DNA from: Bdellovibrionales bacterium
GTDB lineage: Bacteria; Bdellovibrionota; Bdellovibrionia; Bdellovibrionales; UBA1609
NCBI GenBank assembly: GCA_041690295.1
Contig: JAWLHR010000003.1
Span: 32,001 to 96,000 of the forward strand
Direction of reading: 5' to 3'
DNA length: 64,000 nt
The notes under the pieces are model-generated. The model was given only the letters and a program-made list of their open reading frames with translations. It was not told the origin of the DNA and ran no database searches. Made by a program: the position numbers and the translations under genes. Positions 9,476 to 21,338 of this stretch are shown here, in pieces (position 1 is the stretch's first letter; the number at the start of each line of letters is the position of its first letter).

Positions 9476-10554
9476 GAGGCCGTGCCATTCGCGCTCTTCT
9501 TCAGCGCTTCGGTTTGATAGTGGGTGACCAAGGCGTCAATGATCGGATTGAATTCGCCGTTCATTACCGCATCGATCGAGTGCAAGGTCAGACCGATCCG
9601 ATGATCGGTGACGCGTGATTGAGGAAAATTATAGGTGCGAATGCGTTCGGAGCGGTCCCCGGTCCCGATTTGCGCCAGACGGGCGTCCGACGCTTCTTTC
9701 ATCGCCTTTTCTTCCTCCATCTGCTTGAGCCGCGAATATAAAATCTTAAGAGCTTTTTCGCGGTTGGAGTGCTGCGACTTTCCTTCCTGACAGTAAACCA
9801 CGATGCCCGTCGGAATATGCGTAACCCTCACGGCGGATTCAGTCCGGTTCACCGATTGTCCGCCGGATCCACTCGCCCGCATCACGTCTATTCGTAATTC
9901 CGCCGGATTCACTTTCACTTCCGCTTCTTCAGCTTCCGGAATAATCGCCACCGTCACGGTGGATGTGTGAATGCGGCCCGAAGCTTCCGTCTTCGGTACA
10001 CGCTGAACCCGGTGAACGCCGCTTTCGTACTTCAACAAAGAGTAAACTTTGTCGCCGCTGATTGAAGCGATGACTTCCTTGTATCCGCCCACATTTCCCT
10101 CGGAAATCGACATGATTTCCACGTTCCAACCTTTTGAGGCGGCGTAATGGGTGTAAGCGCGAAAGAGCTCCTGCGCGAACAAACTGGCCTCATCCCCGCC
10201 CGCACCGGCGCGGATTTCCATAATGATGTTCTTGTCGTCATTCGGATCCTTGGGCAGTAGCAGGATCTTCAACTGCTTTTCAAGCGCCGCGACCTTTTCT
10301 TCCAGGGCGCCGATTTCCTCTTTGGCCATCTCACGCAAATCCGGATCACTCTCGGTTTCCAAAATTTGCTTATTGCCTTCGAGATCCGATTTCGCCTTCT
10401 TGTACTCGCGAAAAACGTCGACAACCTCCTTGAGGTCCGACATCTCTTTCATCATCGAACGATAGCGTTTCTGATCATTCGCGATACCGGGTTCCATCAA
10501 GGACTGCTGGATCTGTTCGTATCGCTTTTCGACTTCAGTGAGTTTGTTAAGCAT
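9472..10554 (-). CDS. prfA: Peptide chain release factor 1
   Basis: GGQ motif, PxT tripeptide (VPKTE), RTYNFPQ. Confidence 0.97.
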   Translation of the reverse strand: MLNKLTEVEKRYEQIQQSLMEPGIANDQKRYRSMMKEMSDLKEVVDVFREYKKAKSDLEGNKQILETESDPDLREMAKEEIGALEEKVAALEKQLKILLLPKDPNDDKNIIMEIRAGAGGDEASLFAQELFRAYTHYAASKGWNVEIMSISEGNVGGYKEVIASISGDKVYSLLKYESGVHRVQRVPKTEASGRIHTSTVTVAIIPEAEEAEVKVNPAELRIDVMRASGSGGQSVNRTESAVRVTHIPTGIVVYCQEGKSQHSNREKALKILYSRLKQMEEEKAMKEASDARLAQIGTGDRSERIRTYNFPQSRVTDHRIGLTLHSIDAVMNGEFNPIIDALVTHYQTEALKKSANGTAS

Positions 10555-10567
10555 GGCGGGGCGGCAG

Positions 10568-12190
10568 CTAACCGCCCATGGACGCTAAGAATTCCGAGTT
10601 GGTCTTGGTGTGTTGGAGTTTATCCAGCAAAAACTCCATGCTATCGACCACGTTCATCGGTGCGAGAACTTTTCTCAGAATCCACAAGCGGTTCAATTCG
10701 TTTTTGTCGATCAAAAGGTCTTCTTTACGGGTTCCCGATTTGTTGATGTCCATACACGGGAAGATCCGTTTTTCCATGAGCTTGCGATCCAAATGGATTT
10801 CGGAGTTACCGGTTCCTTTGAACTCTTCGAAAATAACTTCATCCATTCGCGAACCGGTATCGATCAAGGCGGTGGCGATGATGGTCAAGCTTCCGCCTTC
10901 TTCGATATTCCGGGCGGCACCGAAGAATCGTTTTGGTTTATGAAGCGCGTTTGAGTCCACACCACCGGAGAGAATCTTGCCCGAGGGCGGAACCACCGTG
11001 TTGTAGGCGCGGGCCAGACGTGTAATCGAGTCAAGCAAAATCACCACGTCGTGCTTGTGCTCAACCAAACGTTTGGCTTTTTCAATCACCATCTCAGCCA
11101 CTTGCACGTGTCGAGTGGGCGGTTCATCGAAGGTTGACGAAATAACCTCGCCCTTCACCGTGCGCATCATATCGGTCACTTCTTCGGGCCGTTCATCGAT
11201 CAGCAACACGATGAGAATGACTTCCGGGTGGTTCTTGGCGATGGCATTGGCGATGTTTTGCATCAGCACCGTTTTACCGGTGCGCGGAGGAGCAACGATC
11301 AATGCCCGTTGTCCTTTCCCAAGCGGAGCCATGAGATCCACAACCCGAGTTGTGAATTCTTTAGGATCGTATTCCAACTTCAGGCGCTCGTTCGGATAAA
11401 GCGGCGTCAAGTTATCAAAAAGAATCTTGTCCCGCGCTTTTTCCAGCGGCTCGTGATTGAGCGTATCGACTTTCAATAAAGCAAAGTAGCGCTCACCTTC
11501 TTTAGGGGGGCGAACCGTACCACTGACCGTGTCACCGGTGCGAAGCCCGAAGCGGCGGATTTGCGAAGGGCTGACGTAAATATCGTCGGGCCCGGGTAGA
11601 TAGTTGTAATCCGGAGAGCGCAAAAAGCCGTATCCATCCGGCAAAATCTCCAAAACACCATTACCGTAAATGTCGCCCAACTGAGCGGCGCGCTTGAGAA
11701 TTTCGAAAACCATATCCTGGCGACGAAGCCCGGCGGCGTTTTCGATCTTCAGTTTCAACGCCAACTGCGTCAGTTCGCGAATGTCTTTGGATTTAAGGTT
11801 TTTCGAATTGAGTTCTTTACGCTCTTCCTCGGTCAGGTTGATCTCGGAAAGATCAACTGGCTTGGTTTCCTCATGATTTTGCTCATCCCCATTTAAATCG
11901 GGGCGATGGTCCATTCCGTTCATAGGCGGTTGCGCGTTCTGATATCCTCCCCGGTCACCGTTACGATCGCGGTGTCGGTGGTTTTGGTACTGCTTTTTCC
12001 CCCCACGGTGATCATTCCGGTCACGGTGGTGGCGTGACTTGAACTGTCTGCGTCCCCCTCCGTCCTCTCTCTCGGTTTGCGCGGGTTCAGCGGTGGCTTC
12101 CACCGTGGCCGTTCCTGAGGCCTTAGGTTTTTCATCCGCGGTAGGTACTTCTATCACTTCACTTTTGGTTTTCGGGTTTTGGTTATCCAA
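10568..12190 (-). CDS. rho: Transcription termination factor Rho with long N-terminal extension
   Basis: [35 protein letters not shown] and FKGTGN. About 125 extra low-complexity residues at the N-terminus. TTG start is uncertain. Confidence 0.96.
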   Translation of the reverse strand: MDNQNPKTKSEVIEVPTADEKPKASGTATVEATAEPAQTEREDGGGRRQFKSRHHRDRNDHRGGKKQYQNHRHRDRNGDRGGYQNAQPPMNGMDHRPDLNGDEQNHEETKPVDLSEINLTEEERKELNSKNLKSKDIRELTQLALKLKIENAAGLRRQDMVFEILKRAAQLGDIYGNGVLEILPDGYGFLRSPDYNYLPGPDDIYVSPSQIRRFGLRTGDTVSGTVRPPKEGERYFALLKVDTLNHEPLEKARDKILFDNLTPLYPNERLKLEYDPKEFTTRVVDLMAPLGKGQRALIVAPPRTGKTVLMQNIANAIAKNHPEVILIVLLIDERPEEVTDMMRTVKGEVISSTFDEPPTRHVQVAEMVIEKAKRLVEHKHDVVILLDSITRLARAYNTVVPPSGKILSGGVDSNALHKPKRFFGAARNIEEGGSLTIIATALIDTGSRMDEVIFEEFKGTGNSEIHLDRKLMEKRIFPCMDINKSGTRKEDLLIDKNELNRLWILRKVLAPMNVVDSMEFLLDKLQHTKTNSEFLASMGG

Positions 12191-12363
12191 AGGATCTCTT
12201 TTGTAAGGGTTAGGTTTATTTTATTTAAAACGTCTGATTTGACCTATTTGACCTGAAACTGATGTTTCGAGGATTTACGCAGATCTATTGTTAGTGAACA
12301 CCTTCTATTTATGAAGCATAGGGTGATTTTGTCAACCCAGTGCCTTAATCAGGCACGTTTTGC

Positions 12364-12378
12364 GTCGCACAATGAGAC
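12364..12378. promoter_or_regulatory. Second copy of the GTCTCA-N3-TGAGAC palindrome (1 mismatch)
   Basis: GTCGCA-CAA-TGAGAC in the divergent rho/PilZ intergenic region. Confidence 0.45.
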
Positions 12379-12454
12379 TGTTTTAAAACCGAACAGTATT
12401 TTCTCAAAACCGTTCAATTGGTTGACGCTCAAAGCCGTAAATTGGGGAGATCCC

Positions 12455-12481
12455 TCAACTTTTTACAAATCAAGCCGATCT
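12455..12481 (+). promoter_or_regulatory. Sigma-28 (FliA)-type promoter of the PilZ gene
   Basis: TCAACTTT-N11-GCCGATCT versus consensus TAAAGTTT-N11-GCCGATAA. Confidence 0.6.
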
Positions 12482-12505
12482 ATTAAGAACGGAGACGGAG
12501 GACCT

Positions 12506-12877
12506 ATGGACACCAAGCAAGATAAGGTACCGGCACCGCGGATTCCTCTGCAAATGACTGTTGAGTTCCGCAAGAGTTACGGCCGTCAAAATTCAAAGGG
12601 CATCCTTAAGAATATCAGTCTCACCGGCGCTTTCCTTGAAACCAACAACGCCGAGTTGGCGCCGACCGATAAAGTTGTTTTGGAAATCGTCGTCAGCGAA
12701 CGTCGCCGTAAAATGCCCGCCACGATCATTTGGAAAAATTCTTCAGGATGCGGCGTACAGTTTCATCCCTTTAACCGTCGTGATGTGCAGATTGTGGATG
12801 ACCTGATGTATTTCGTCCAGAACCGCCGGGAGTTCCGGCGAAACATTCTGGACGATATCTTTAAACAAGCGGCTTAA
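12506..12877 (+). CDS. Stand-alone PilZ domain protein
   Basis: NISLTG matches D/NxSxxG; the RxxxR switch is degenerate (VPAPR). SD GGAGG before ATG 12506. Confidence 0.85.
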   Translation: MDTKQDKVPAPRIPLQMTVEFRKSYGRQNSKGILKNISLTGAFLETNNAELAPTDKVVLEIVVSERRRKMPATIIWKNSSGCGVQFHPFNRRDVQIVDDLMYFVQNRREFRRNILDDIFKQAA

Positions 12878-12881
12878 TTGA

Positions 12882-14288
12882 TCATTCAATCTGGGTCTGC
12901 GTCGTCGTATTGAAATCGATTTGGCGACGCGCCCGTTTCTTGCGAATCGAGATAAAGAGCGCGGCGGCCATCAATAACAGAATCGCGCCTAATCCCAGCA
13001 TCATTGTTTGATCTTCCTGCGATTCCATCATTCCCATTTCACCGCCCGTCGCGCCTGTGTCAGTTGGCGGCGGTGGTGGCGGTGGAGGAGGAGGCGGTGG
13101 CGGCGGCGGTTCAACCGAGCCCGCCATGGCCGGATCCGGAGATGGCGGAAGATCATTTTGCGCCATCTGATCAGGTGCGGGTGGTGGTGGTGGAGGCGCA
13201 TTCATATCATCCATTGGTGGAGCCGCGCCATCCTGGAGCATTTGATCCGGCATTTCCGGCATTGGTGGTGGCGGTGGAGCCGCGGCGGCCATATCGGGCG
13301 CGGGTGGAGTTTCCTCGGCTTGCGCGATCGGAGGAGCCGCCACGCTCGAATTCGGCCAGTATCTCAGTTGTGTTCCTTCTTCGAGTTCCTGCTTGGACTC
13401 CACATCGTTGGTGGCCCAAATTTCCATCCAACTTCGATCATGACCCAAAAGTTCCTTGGCGACCGTGCGGATATTATCACCGGCTTTGGCGGTGTAAATT
13501 TCCGGCGGGATCCCTTGGTCTTCGTAATATGTCCTTACAGTCTGATCGTCGTCGGGACGCTGCGGGGAATTGTAATAGTATTTGTCGCCGACTTTGATCC
13601 CACGCGAGCAATTGTATTTGTTGATCGTACAGATCTGATCCACCGTGGAGCCGACTTTTTGGGCGATGCTTTCAACGGTATCACCCTCGCGCGCGATGTA
13701 AATCGCGTTCACCAGGATCTTTCCATGTCTGTAAGGCGTGCTGTTGACTTTCTTCAATGATCCGACCGGAGTCGAAACACCCGTATCTCCCGAGGGTTCA
13801 GGAACGATTGGCGGCATCGATTCCGCCATGGACGCTGGTTCAGGTTCGGGAATCGGTTCAGAAGCGCCCGTATCACCGGCGTCAGAGTCGGCCGCATCAC
13901 TCATCGCGAATTCGTCGCCACCCGTATCGGCCATTCCCGAATCCAAACCGGCGTCACCGCTGGGCTCGGGCGTGGGCGATCCCGCATCGGCAAAATCGCC
14001 GGCGTCATTGGGCGTGACCTCACCGCCGCCCTCCGCGACCGCGGCATCGGATTCCAAATCACCGCCAAGATCATCTCCGAAGTCAGCGGCCAGAGAACCA
14101 TCGCCTCCTTCGCTACTGGCTTCTAAATCGGTGCTTCCACCATCCTCGAATGATCCCGAGTCATCTAGAGAGGCGTCGCCCGCCACTTCAACATCGGCGC
14201 CTGCTTCTTCTTCACTGGGTTTGGAGCTGCAGCCGGCTAAGGCAAGGCCCATGACGGCGAGGGTGAGAATCACATACTTCCTGAACAT
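12882..14288 (-). CDS. LysM-domain lipoprotein with acidic and poly-Pro linkers and a C-terminal TM anchor
   Basis: Lipobox LAGC; two LysM-like repeats (YIAREGDTVESIA, YTAKAGDNIRTVA); PPPP runs; C-terminal hydrophobic helix followed by RKKRARR. Confidence 0.85.
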   Translation of the reverse strand: MFRKYVILTLAVMGLALAGCSSKPSEEEAGADVEVAGDASLDDSGSFEDGGSTDLEASSEGGDGSLAADFGDDLGGDLESDAAVAEGGGEVTPNDAGDFADAGSPTPEPSGDAGLDSGMADTGGDEFAMSDAADSDAGDTGASEPIPEPEPASMAESMPPIVPEPSGDTGVSTPVGSLKKVNSTPYRHGKILVNAIYIAREGDTVESIAQKVGSTVDQICTINKYNCSRGIKVGDKYYYNSPQRPDDDQTVRTYYEDQGIPPEIYTAKAGDNIRTVAKELLGHDRSWMEIWATNDVESKQELEEGTQLRYWPNSSVAAPPIAQAEETPPAPDMAAAAPPPPPMPEMPDQMLQDGAAPPMDDMNAPPPPPPAPDQMAQNDLPPSPDPAMAGSVEPPPPPPPPPPPPPPPTDTGATGGEMGMMESQEDQTMMLGLGAILLLMAAALFISIRKKRARRQIDFNTTTQTQIE

Positions 14289-14389
14289 GACGTTACCTCA
14301 ATGGAGTTAGACTTCCAGATTTAATTACAGCACACACTCGAAATCAGAGAAAAGATTTATTCGAGCGAGCCGGACGTAGGTTGGACCGA

Positions 14390-14884
14390 CTATTGTCGGG
14401 CGTCTTTGGCCGGTTTCAAGCTTTTCATCAAGAGCTTCGAACCGGTTTTCGAGATCAGCTTAAGCTCGGCGCCCAGCTTGATCTTTCGGCGGCTAAACCA
14501 ACCTTTATTCATCTCCAGGGCGAAAAGCGCGGGCTTTCGGCTTACGTAAGAAGGCAGAGTCACTCCGGTTGCCACTTTCATTTCCTGGATGTCGACCAAC
14601 TCGCCTTTGGCATTGATAAAGCCGATGCTGAGCGGGATCAATGTGTTTTTCATCCAGAAAGAAAGATGGTGTTCCTCTTCAAAAACAAAGAGCATTCCGG
14701 TGTCCTCAGGTAATTCCCGGATGAACATCAAACCTTTCGCGCGACGATCATCCGTGTCCGCGATGTACGCGTGGAACTTTTGCTCACCTAATTTGAACTC
14801 GGCCTTTTCATAGTTGGACGATAGATCCCGCGCGAAAACCCGCGGAAGACTGATCAGGATTAACGCGATAAGAATTCTTGCCAT
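14390..14884 (-). CDS. DUF192 family protein
   Basis: ADT...GLMF, GMLFVF, FWMKNTLIPLSI and ALEMN motifs; signal peptide. Confidence 0.9.
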   Translation of the reverse strand: MARILIALILISLPRVFARDLSSNYEKAEFKLGEQKFHAYIADTDDRRAKGLMFIRELPEDTGMLFVFEEEHHLSFWMKNTLIPLSIGFINAKGELVDIQEMKVATGVTLPSYVSRKPALFALEMNKGWFSRRKIKLGAELKLISKTGSKLLMKSLKPAKDARQ

Positions 14885-15771
14885 GCTAATGCCACCCCAT
14901 AACGAACTCCGCGCGTGGACACCGTCAACTCTTCCCGCCGCAACGCCCGCAGCGCGCTCGCCAGAATCAGCGATCCCGCCACGATAACATCGGCGCGCTT
15001 CGGTTCCATTCCGCGCAAGGACTCCCTCTCTGCCACCGACATACCAGCCAATTTCTCGATCCACCGCTCAATGCGCTCGAGCCGCAGTTTATACCCGTTC
15101 ACTTTTTCTTCACTGAAATCGCAAGCCTGGTCCAGCATCGCCAGCGTTGTGGGCGTGCCCGCCACGGCGATCACTTCTCCGGTTTCGATTTGACCAAGGC
15201 CGGCCTCGGAAAATTTCTGAGCGCTGTATTCCCTGGTCCTTTGAAGTTCATTCGCTTTTACTGGATGCGCACTGATGAACATTTCCGTGAGCCGCACGCT
15301 CCCCACATCGACACTGACTCCATTCACGCGATTCCGATCTCCATGAATGATTTCCGTCGAGCCGCCGCCCACATCGATCACGGCCATTTGACCCCATGAA
15401 GCGCGATCCGATAGAGCGCCCGCGAATGTGAGCCGGGCTTCACGCTCTCCATCGATAATGTGAATGGGAATAGAGAACTCGCGCGCGAGATCGATCAATT
15501 CTTGGGAATTGGAAGCATCACGCGCGGCACTGGTGGCCACGGCAATCACATGTTCACACGCGAATTTTTTAATGAACCGGCTGTATTCTTCGAAACAGGA
15601 GCGCATTCGGGCCAAGGCTTCGGGATGAAACCGGCGGTTGGCGTGCACACCCTGACCTAAACGAGTCACACGCGATTCATCGGCCAATACATTCGTTACA
15701 CGGTTGCCGTTCACATCCGCAATCAGCATTAAGGATGTATTGGAGCCTAAATCCAGTGCGGCAACCCGCAT
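14860..15771 (-). CDS. ppx: Ppx/GppA family phosphatase
   Basis: DLGSN, ATSAARDA, DVGGGSTE and GSVRLTE motifs. Confidence 0.9.
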   Translation of the reverse strand: MRVAALDLGSNTSLMLIADVNGNRVTNVLADESRVTRLGQGVHANRRFHPEALARMRSCFEEYSRFIKKFACEHVIAVATSAARDASNSQELIDLAREFSIPIHIIDGEREARLTFAGALSDRASWGQMAVIDVGGGSTEIIHGDRNRVNGVSVDVGSVRLTEMFISAHPVKANELQRTREYSAQKFSEAGLGQIETGEVIAVAGTPTTLAMLDQACDFSEEKVNGYKLRLERIERWIEKLAGMSVAERESLRGMEPKRADVIVAGSLILASALRALRREELTVSTRGVRYGVALAWQEFLSR

Positions 15772-15772
15772 G

Positions 15773-17206
15773 TCACCCCTTGAGCTTGGCTTGTAGAATT
15801 TGATTCACGATCTCCGGATTCGCTTGCCCCTTGGACGCCTTCATCACTTGTCCAACAAAGAATCCAAACAACTTCTGCTTTCCGCCCCGATATTCAGCCA
15901 CCGCGCTGGCGTTTTTTGCCAAAACTTCGTCGACGATTTTTTCAATGGCGCCTTGATCCGTGATCTGGGCCATCCCTTTTTCTTTGACGATGTCTTTGGG
16001 CGGCTTTCCTGATTTCCACATCTCAGTGAAAACCTCTTTGGCCATTTTTCCGGAAATCTCCTTGGAGTCGATCATCACGATCAACTGAGCTAAATTTTCA
16101 GCCGAGATCGGAGATTGATCCACTTCCAGTTTGGCTTCGTTCAATTCCCTCAGCAGCTCCACCATGATCCAATTGGACGCCGCCTTGGGATTCTTCGCGC
16201 CGGCCGCCACCTTTTCAAAGTAATCCGCCAATGACTTCTCCGCGGTCAGCACGAAGGAATCGTAGGCGGGGAGACCGAATTGCTCTTGAAACCTTCGCGC
16301 CCTTGCCAGAGGAAGCTCGGGCAAGTCGGAGCGCAGGCGTTCGATAAAACTTTTTTCCAAACGTAACGGCAACAAGTCGGGATCCGGAAAGTAGCGGTAA
16401 TCGTGCGCTTCTTCTTTGGACCGCATCGAGAAGGTCCGATTTTTGGTGGAATCGTAAAGCCGAGTTTCCTGAATCAGTTTTTCACCGCTTTCCACCGCAT
16501 CAATTTGTCGTTGAATTTCGTATTCCAATGCTTTTTCGATGAAGCGAAACGAGTTGATGTTCTTTAATTCAACTTTGGTTCCGAATTTATCCGTACCTTT
16601 CTTGCGCACACTCACATTGCAATCGCAACGCATGGAACCTTCTTCCAGGTTCCCGTCGCAAACACCGAGGTAGCGCAAAATCTTACGAACGGTGCGCGCG
16701 TATTCCGCGGCTTCCGCGGGTGAACGCATATCCGGTCCCGAAACGATTTCGAGAAGCGGGATTCCGGCGCGGTTCAGGTTGATCAAAGTGAAATCACCCG
16801 AATGCAACGACTTGCCCGCATCCTCTTCCAAGTGGGCGCGTTCAATACGAACACGCTTGATTTCCCCATCCAAAAAGTAATCCACGTATCCGTTTTCACA
16901 GATGGGCTCGTCGTATTGGGATATTTGATAGCCCTTGGGCAGATCCGGGTAAAAATAATTCTTTCGTGCGAACACCGACTTTTCGCGGATTTGACAATTC
17001 AACGCCATGCCGGTCCGAATCGCGAACTCAACCGCGCGGGCATTTAATGTCGGCAAAGCTCCGGGCATTCCAAGACTCACGGGATTCGTATTTTCATTGT
17101 CACCGCCGCCAAACGCGGTCGAATCCGAGGAAAACATTTTGCTCTCGGTCAACAACTGCGCGTGGATTTCAAGACCGATCACCGCTTCCCAATCACTGTA
17201 AGACAT
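15773..17206 (-). CDS. gatB: Asp/Glu-tRNA amidotransferase subunit B
   Basis: IGLEIHAQL, YFYPDLPKGYQISQ, HLEEDAGK and YRYFPDPDL. Confidence 0.98.
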   Translation of the reverse strand: MSYSDWEAVIGLEIHAQLLTESKMFSSDSTAFGGGDNENTNPVSLGMPGALPTLNARAVEFAIRTGMALNCQIREKSVFARKNYFYPDLPKGYQISQYDEPICENGYVDYFLDGEIKRVRIERAHLEEDAGKSLHSGDFTLINLNRAGIPLLEIVSGPDMRSPAEAAEYARTVRKILRYLGVCDGNLEEGSMRCDCNVSVRKKGTDKFGTKVELKNINSFRFIEKALEYEIQRQIDAVESGEKLIQETRLYDSTKNRTFSMRSKEEAHDYRYFPDPDLLPLRLEKSFIERLRSDLPELPLARARRFQEQFGLPAYDSFVLTAEKSLADYFEKVAAGAKNPKAASNWIMVELLRELNEAKLEVDQSPISAENLAQLIVMIDSKEISGKMAKEVFTEMWKSGKPPKDIVKEKGMAQITDQGAIEKIVDEVLAKNASAVAEYRGGKQKLFGFFVGQVMKASKGQANPEIVNQILQAKLKG

Positions 17207-18665
17207 GCGGACGCTCCTTGATGGCCATGGCTTCTTCGATCACCGCGGCGACGTCGAACATCATCTGCTCATTGAAATGAGCGGTCAGGATCTGCACGCC
17301 GAGTGGGAGGCCTTCAGCGGAAAGGCCGCCAGGCACACTGATTCCCGGAATTCCAACGAGATTCGCACTCGTGGTGTAAATGTCATTCAAATACATTTTG
17401 AGCGGATCATTGATCCGAGCGCCCAGTTTAAAGGCGGGTTCGGTGGTCACGGGGCCGATCAGAAAATCACATTGCTTGAAAACGTCGATGAACTGCTGTC
17501 GCAACAATCGCCGAACCTGACACGCTTTCTTGTAGTACGCATCGTAATATCCGCTTGAGAGCGCATAGGTCCCAAGAATAACCCGCCGTTTGACTTCCGT
17601 GCCGAAACCTTCGCCCCGGGTTCGACTGTAAAATTCAGCCAGATCTTCCGCCGGCCGTTTCGTAAAGTCCGCCCGGTAACCGTAGCGAACGCCGTCGTAA
17701 CGGGCGAGATTGCTTGAAGCCTCACTGGTGGCGACCAGGTAATAAATCGGAACCGCCATGTCAGTGAGAGGTAAAGACACTTCCACAATTTCAACACCCG
17801 CGCCTCGCACCACTTCAATGGCGCGCTCAACGACTTTACGCATCTCAGGGCTCAAAGCATCCGAAAAGTATTCTTTCGGCAAGCCCGCTTTCTTGCCTTT
17901 CAAATTTTTGTTGATGTTCGAACTCCAGCGCGGCACCGGAACATTGGCGCTGGTGGAATCCAAAGGATCACGGCCGGCGATTGTTTCTAAAACAAGGGCC
18001 GCATCCTCAACGGTTCGGGTGATCGGACCCGCTTGATCCAAACTTGAAGCAAAGGCCACAATGCCATACCGGCTCACGCGTCCATAAGTCGGCTTGACGC
18101 CCACTAAACCACAAAAACTCGCCGGCTGGCGAATCGAGCCACCGGTGTCCGTACCGATCGCGGCACTCGCCATACCCGCGGCTACGGCCGCCGCCGAACC
18201 CCCACTGGAGCCGCCGGGAACGTATTCTAAATTCCACGGATTGCGAGTGGTTCCGAAATAGGAAGTTTCATTACTGGAACCCATGGCGAACTCGTCTTGA
18301 TTGGCCTTACCAAGGGTGATCGATCCCGCGGCTTCCAATCGCTCCACCACCGTGGCGGAATAGGGTGGGATGAAATTTTCCAAAATTCTGGAGCCGGCGG
18401 TCGTACGAAGACCTTTCGTACAGAGCATGTCCTTGATGGCCAACGGCACACCCGCGAGCGGCCCGGGATTTTCTCCGCGAGCGATTTTCTGATCGACTTC
18501 TTCCGCCGCGGCCATCGCTTTTTCATTCAAAGTGATGTACGCGTTGATCTTACCGTTCCATTTTTCACTTTGCGCGAGGAAAGCTTTCGTCACTTCAGTG
18601 GCGGAAACTTTCTTACTTTGAACCGCGTTCACAATGGCTTTTAAACTGGATGTCAGGAGTTCCAT
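17193..18665 (-). CDS. gatA: Asp/Glu-tRNA amidotransferase subunit A
   Basis: Amidase signature PGGSSGGS..GTDTGGSIRQPAS; SNLARYDG. Confidence 0.98.
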   Translation of the reverse strand: MELLTSSLKAIVNAVQSKKVSATEVTKAFLAQSEKWNGKINAYITLNEKAMAAAEEVDQKIARGENPGPLAGVPLAIKDMLCTKGLRTTAGSRILENFIPPYSATVVERLEAAGSITLGKANQDEFAMGSSNETSYFGTTRNPWNLEYVPGGSSGGSAAAVAAGMASAAIGTDTGGSIRQPASFCGLVGVKPTYGRVSRYGIVAFASSLDQAGPITRTVEDAALVLETIAGRDPLDSTSANVPVPRWSSNINKNLKGKKAGLPKEYFSDALSPEMRKVVERAIEVVRGAGVEIVEVSLPLTDMAVPIYYLVATSEASSNLARYDGVRYGYRADFTKRPAEDLAEFYSRTRGEGFGTEVKRRVILGTYALSSGYYDAYYKKACQVRRLLRQQFIDVFKQCDFLIGPVTTEPAFKLGARINDPLKMYLNDIYTTSANLVGIPGISVPGGLSAEGLPLGVQILTAHFNEQMMFDVAAVIEEAMAIKERPHVLQ

Positions 18666-18952
18666 TATCCCACCACCGGCGGAACTTTAAACAAATGCCC
18701 AACGGCTTCGGGGGCGTTTTCAACCGCCGCTTCGGCGGCACCCGGCCAGGTTTCAACTTTGTCTTCGCGCCAAATAAATTCCATGTCCGTGGGAGTCACC
18801 AAAGGCTCAACGCCCGTGGTGTCGATTTTGGCGACCTGCTCGAAATGGTTCAACACCGTTGATAACTGGGCGGCGAGAGTTTTGGATTCCTCTTCACTCA
18901 ACGACAAACGTGCCAAATGGGCGACACGGGCCACTTCTTTCTCGGAAATCAT
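18665..18952 (-). CDS. gatC: Asp/Glu-tRNA amidotransferase subunit C
   Basis: MISEKEVARVAHLARL...REDKV...NAP...FKVPPV. Confidence 0.93.
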   Translation of the reverse strand: MISEKEVARVAHLARLSLSEEESKTLAAQLSTVLNHFEQVAKIDTTGVEPLVTPTDMEFIWREDKVETWPGAAEAAVENAPEAVGHLFKVPPVVG

Positions 18953-18974
18953 AATAGCTTTTCCTGTCTCATAG

Positions 18975-21068
<2,094 letters not shown>

Positions 21069-21277
21069 GGCCGGTCAATTAGGCCGACGCTTCAGGGAAA
21101 AATGATATCCGATCGCGATGCCCGAGAACGCGGATTTTATATCTTCCACGTTAAGTCCGTTGTCACCTGCGACTTCCCGTATGGCTTTCTGCGGATAAAG
21201 CAGCTCTATTTCAGGACGTGATCTTCTGCGGACACGCACGAAACCCGGCGTGTGCCCCACAAGTTCACAGCGGCGCC

Positions 21278-21310
21278 AAAAGCAAGGGAGCCCATAAGGC
21301 TCCCTTTTTG
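21278..21310. terminator. Bidirectional intrinsic terminator between ligA and the histone gene
   Basis: AAGGGAGCC-CATAA-GGCTCCCTT with T-rich tails on both strands. Confidence 0.8.
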
Positions 21311-21338
21311 AAGTCGCGATTCAAAGTTCGAACATCAA

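Noticed and set aside
10555..10567. rpmE (L31) expected between rho and prfA
   Set aside because: The gap is only 13 bp. The gene is not here and has probably relocated, which cannot be judged from this window.
13004..14310. Long plus-strand ORFs with RRWWR-type repeats and GGT/GGC tandem repeats
   Set aside because: These are antisense shadows of the poly-Pro and acidic codons of the LysM lipoprotein, not genes or a CRISPR array.
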